Shown one piece after another: positions 63,914 through 64,000 of a DNA stretch of 64,000 nucleotides; positions within the stretch are counted from its first letter, which is position 1, and each line of letters begins with the position of its first letter. Location of the stretch: positions 1 through 64,000 of IMG/VR virus record IMGVR_UViG_3300006880_000001. The stretch is one strand, 5' to 3'. Under the pieces are notes generated by a model that was not told the origin of the DNA, did not search any database, and saw nothing but the letters and a program-made list of their open reading frames with translations. This stretch comes from a virus. Both the position numbers and the translations under genes were made by a program.

Positions 63914-64000
63914 TTATCGGCGCTTGCGCTTGTGCAGAAGGGCGTACGCGACCAGCGCGGCGATGCCGACACCACCGGCGATCTTGAGCGCGGGCCAGCG
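63914..64000 (-). CDS. 3' end of a membrane protein (TM + HKRKRR)
   Basis: ..LKIAGGVGIAALVAYALLHKRKRR-TAA. Confidence 0.6.
   Translation of the reverse strand, partial: RWPALKIAGGVGIAALVAYALLHKRKRR

Larger units (their letters stand above)
1..64000. mobile_element. segment of a large virus/provirus, probably tailless and membrane-containing
   Basis: Modular early/glyco/structural layout, element-wide promoter motifs, no host core genes, no Caudoviricetes hallmarks recognised. Confidence 0.75.

Overview
This ~70% GC window is entirely virus-like; no host housekeeping genes were recognised. It has four modules. (i) About 3.6-24.8 kb is a long minus-strand early region of small, often acidic genes, plus MazG-like, DUF932-like and GHKL-ATPase genes. 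Eight copies of a covarying structured-RNA motif punctuate it, and it is headed by a repeat-rich non-coding region and an RHH regulator. Two tyrosine recombinases lie at its left end, one lacking the catalytic Tyr. (ii) About 25-37 kb is a nucleotide-sugar/glycosyltransferase/methyltransferase cluster. Inside it is a Pth2-like gene followed by two CCA-ending tRNA-like genes with 9-nt anticodon loops. The Pth2 leaderless ATG is out of frame (ATG-TCC-CATT-GAC), at bases complementary to one of those loops. (iii) About 37-49 kb holds many Arg/Lys-rich and membrane-anchored proteins sharing LxG-type motifs, plus lysis-like genes. (iv) About 49-64 kb holds beta-helix spike-like proteins and a 170 aa + 230 aa pair resembling the two single-jelly-roll major capsid proteins of tailless, membrane-containing viruses; a third paralogue lies at 45.7 kb. 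No terminase, portal, HK97 capsid, tape measure, DNA polymerase or packaging ATPase was recognised. Two element-specific promoter classes drive mostly leaderless genes: GTCAC-N10-TA (11 copies) and a 16-bp GATCG..CGATC palindrome (8 copies). All family calls come from motif recognition by eye, not database searches.
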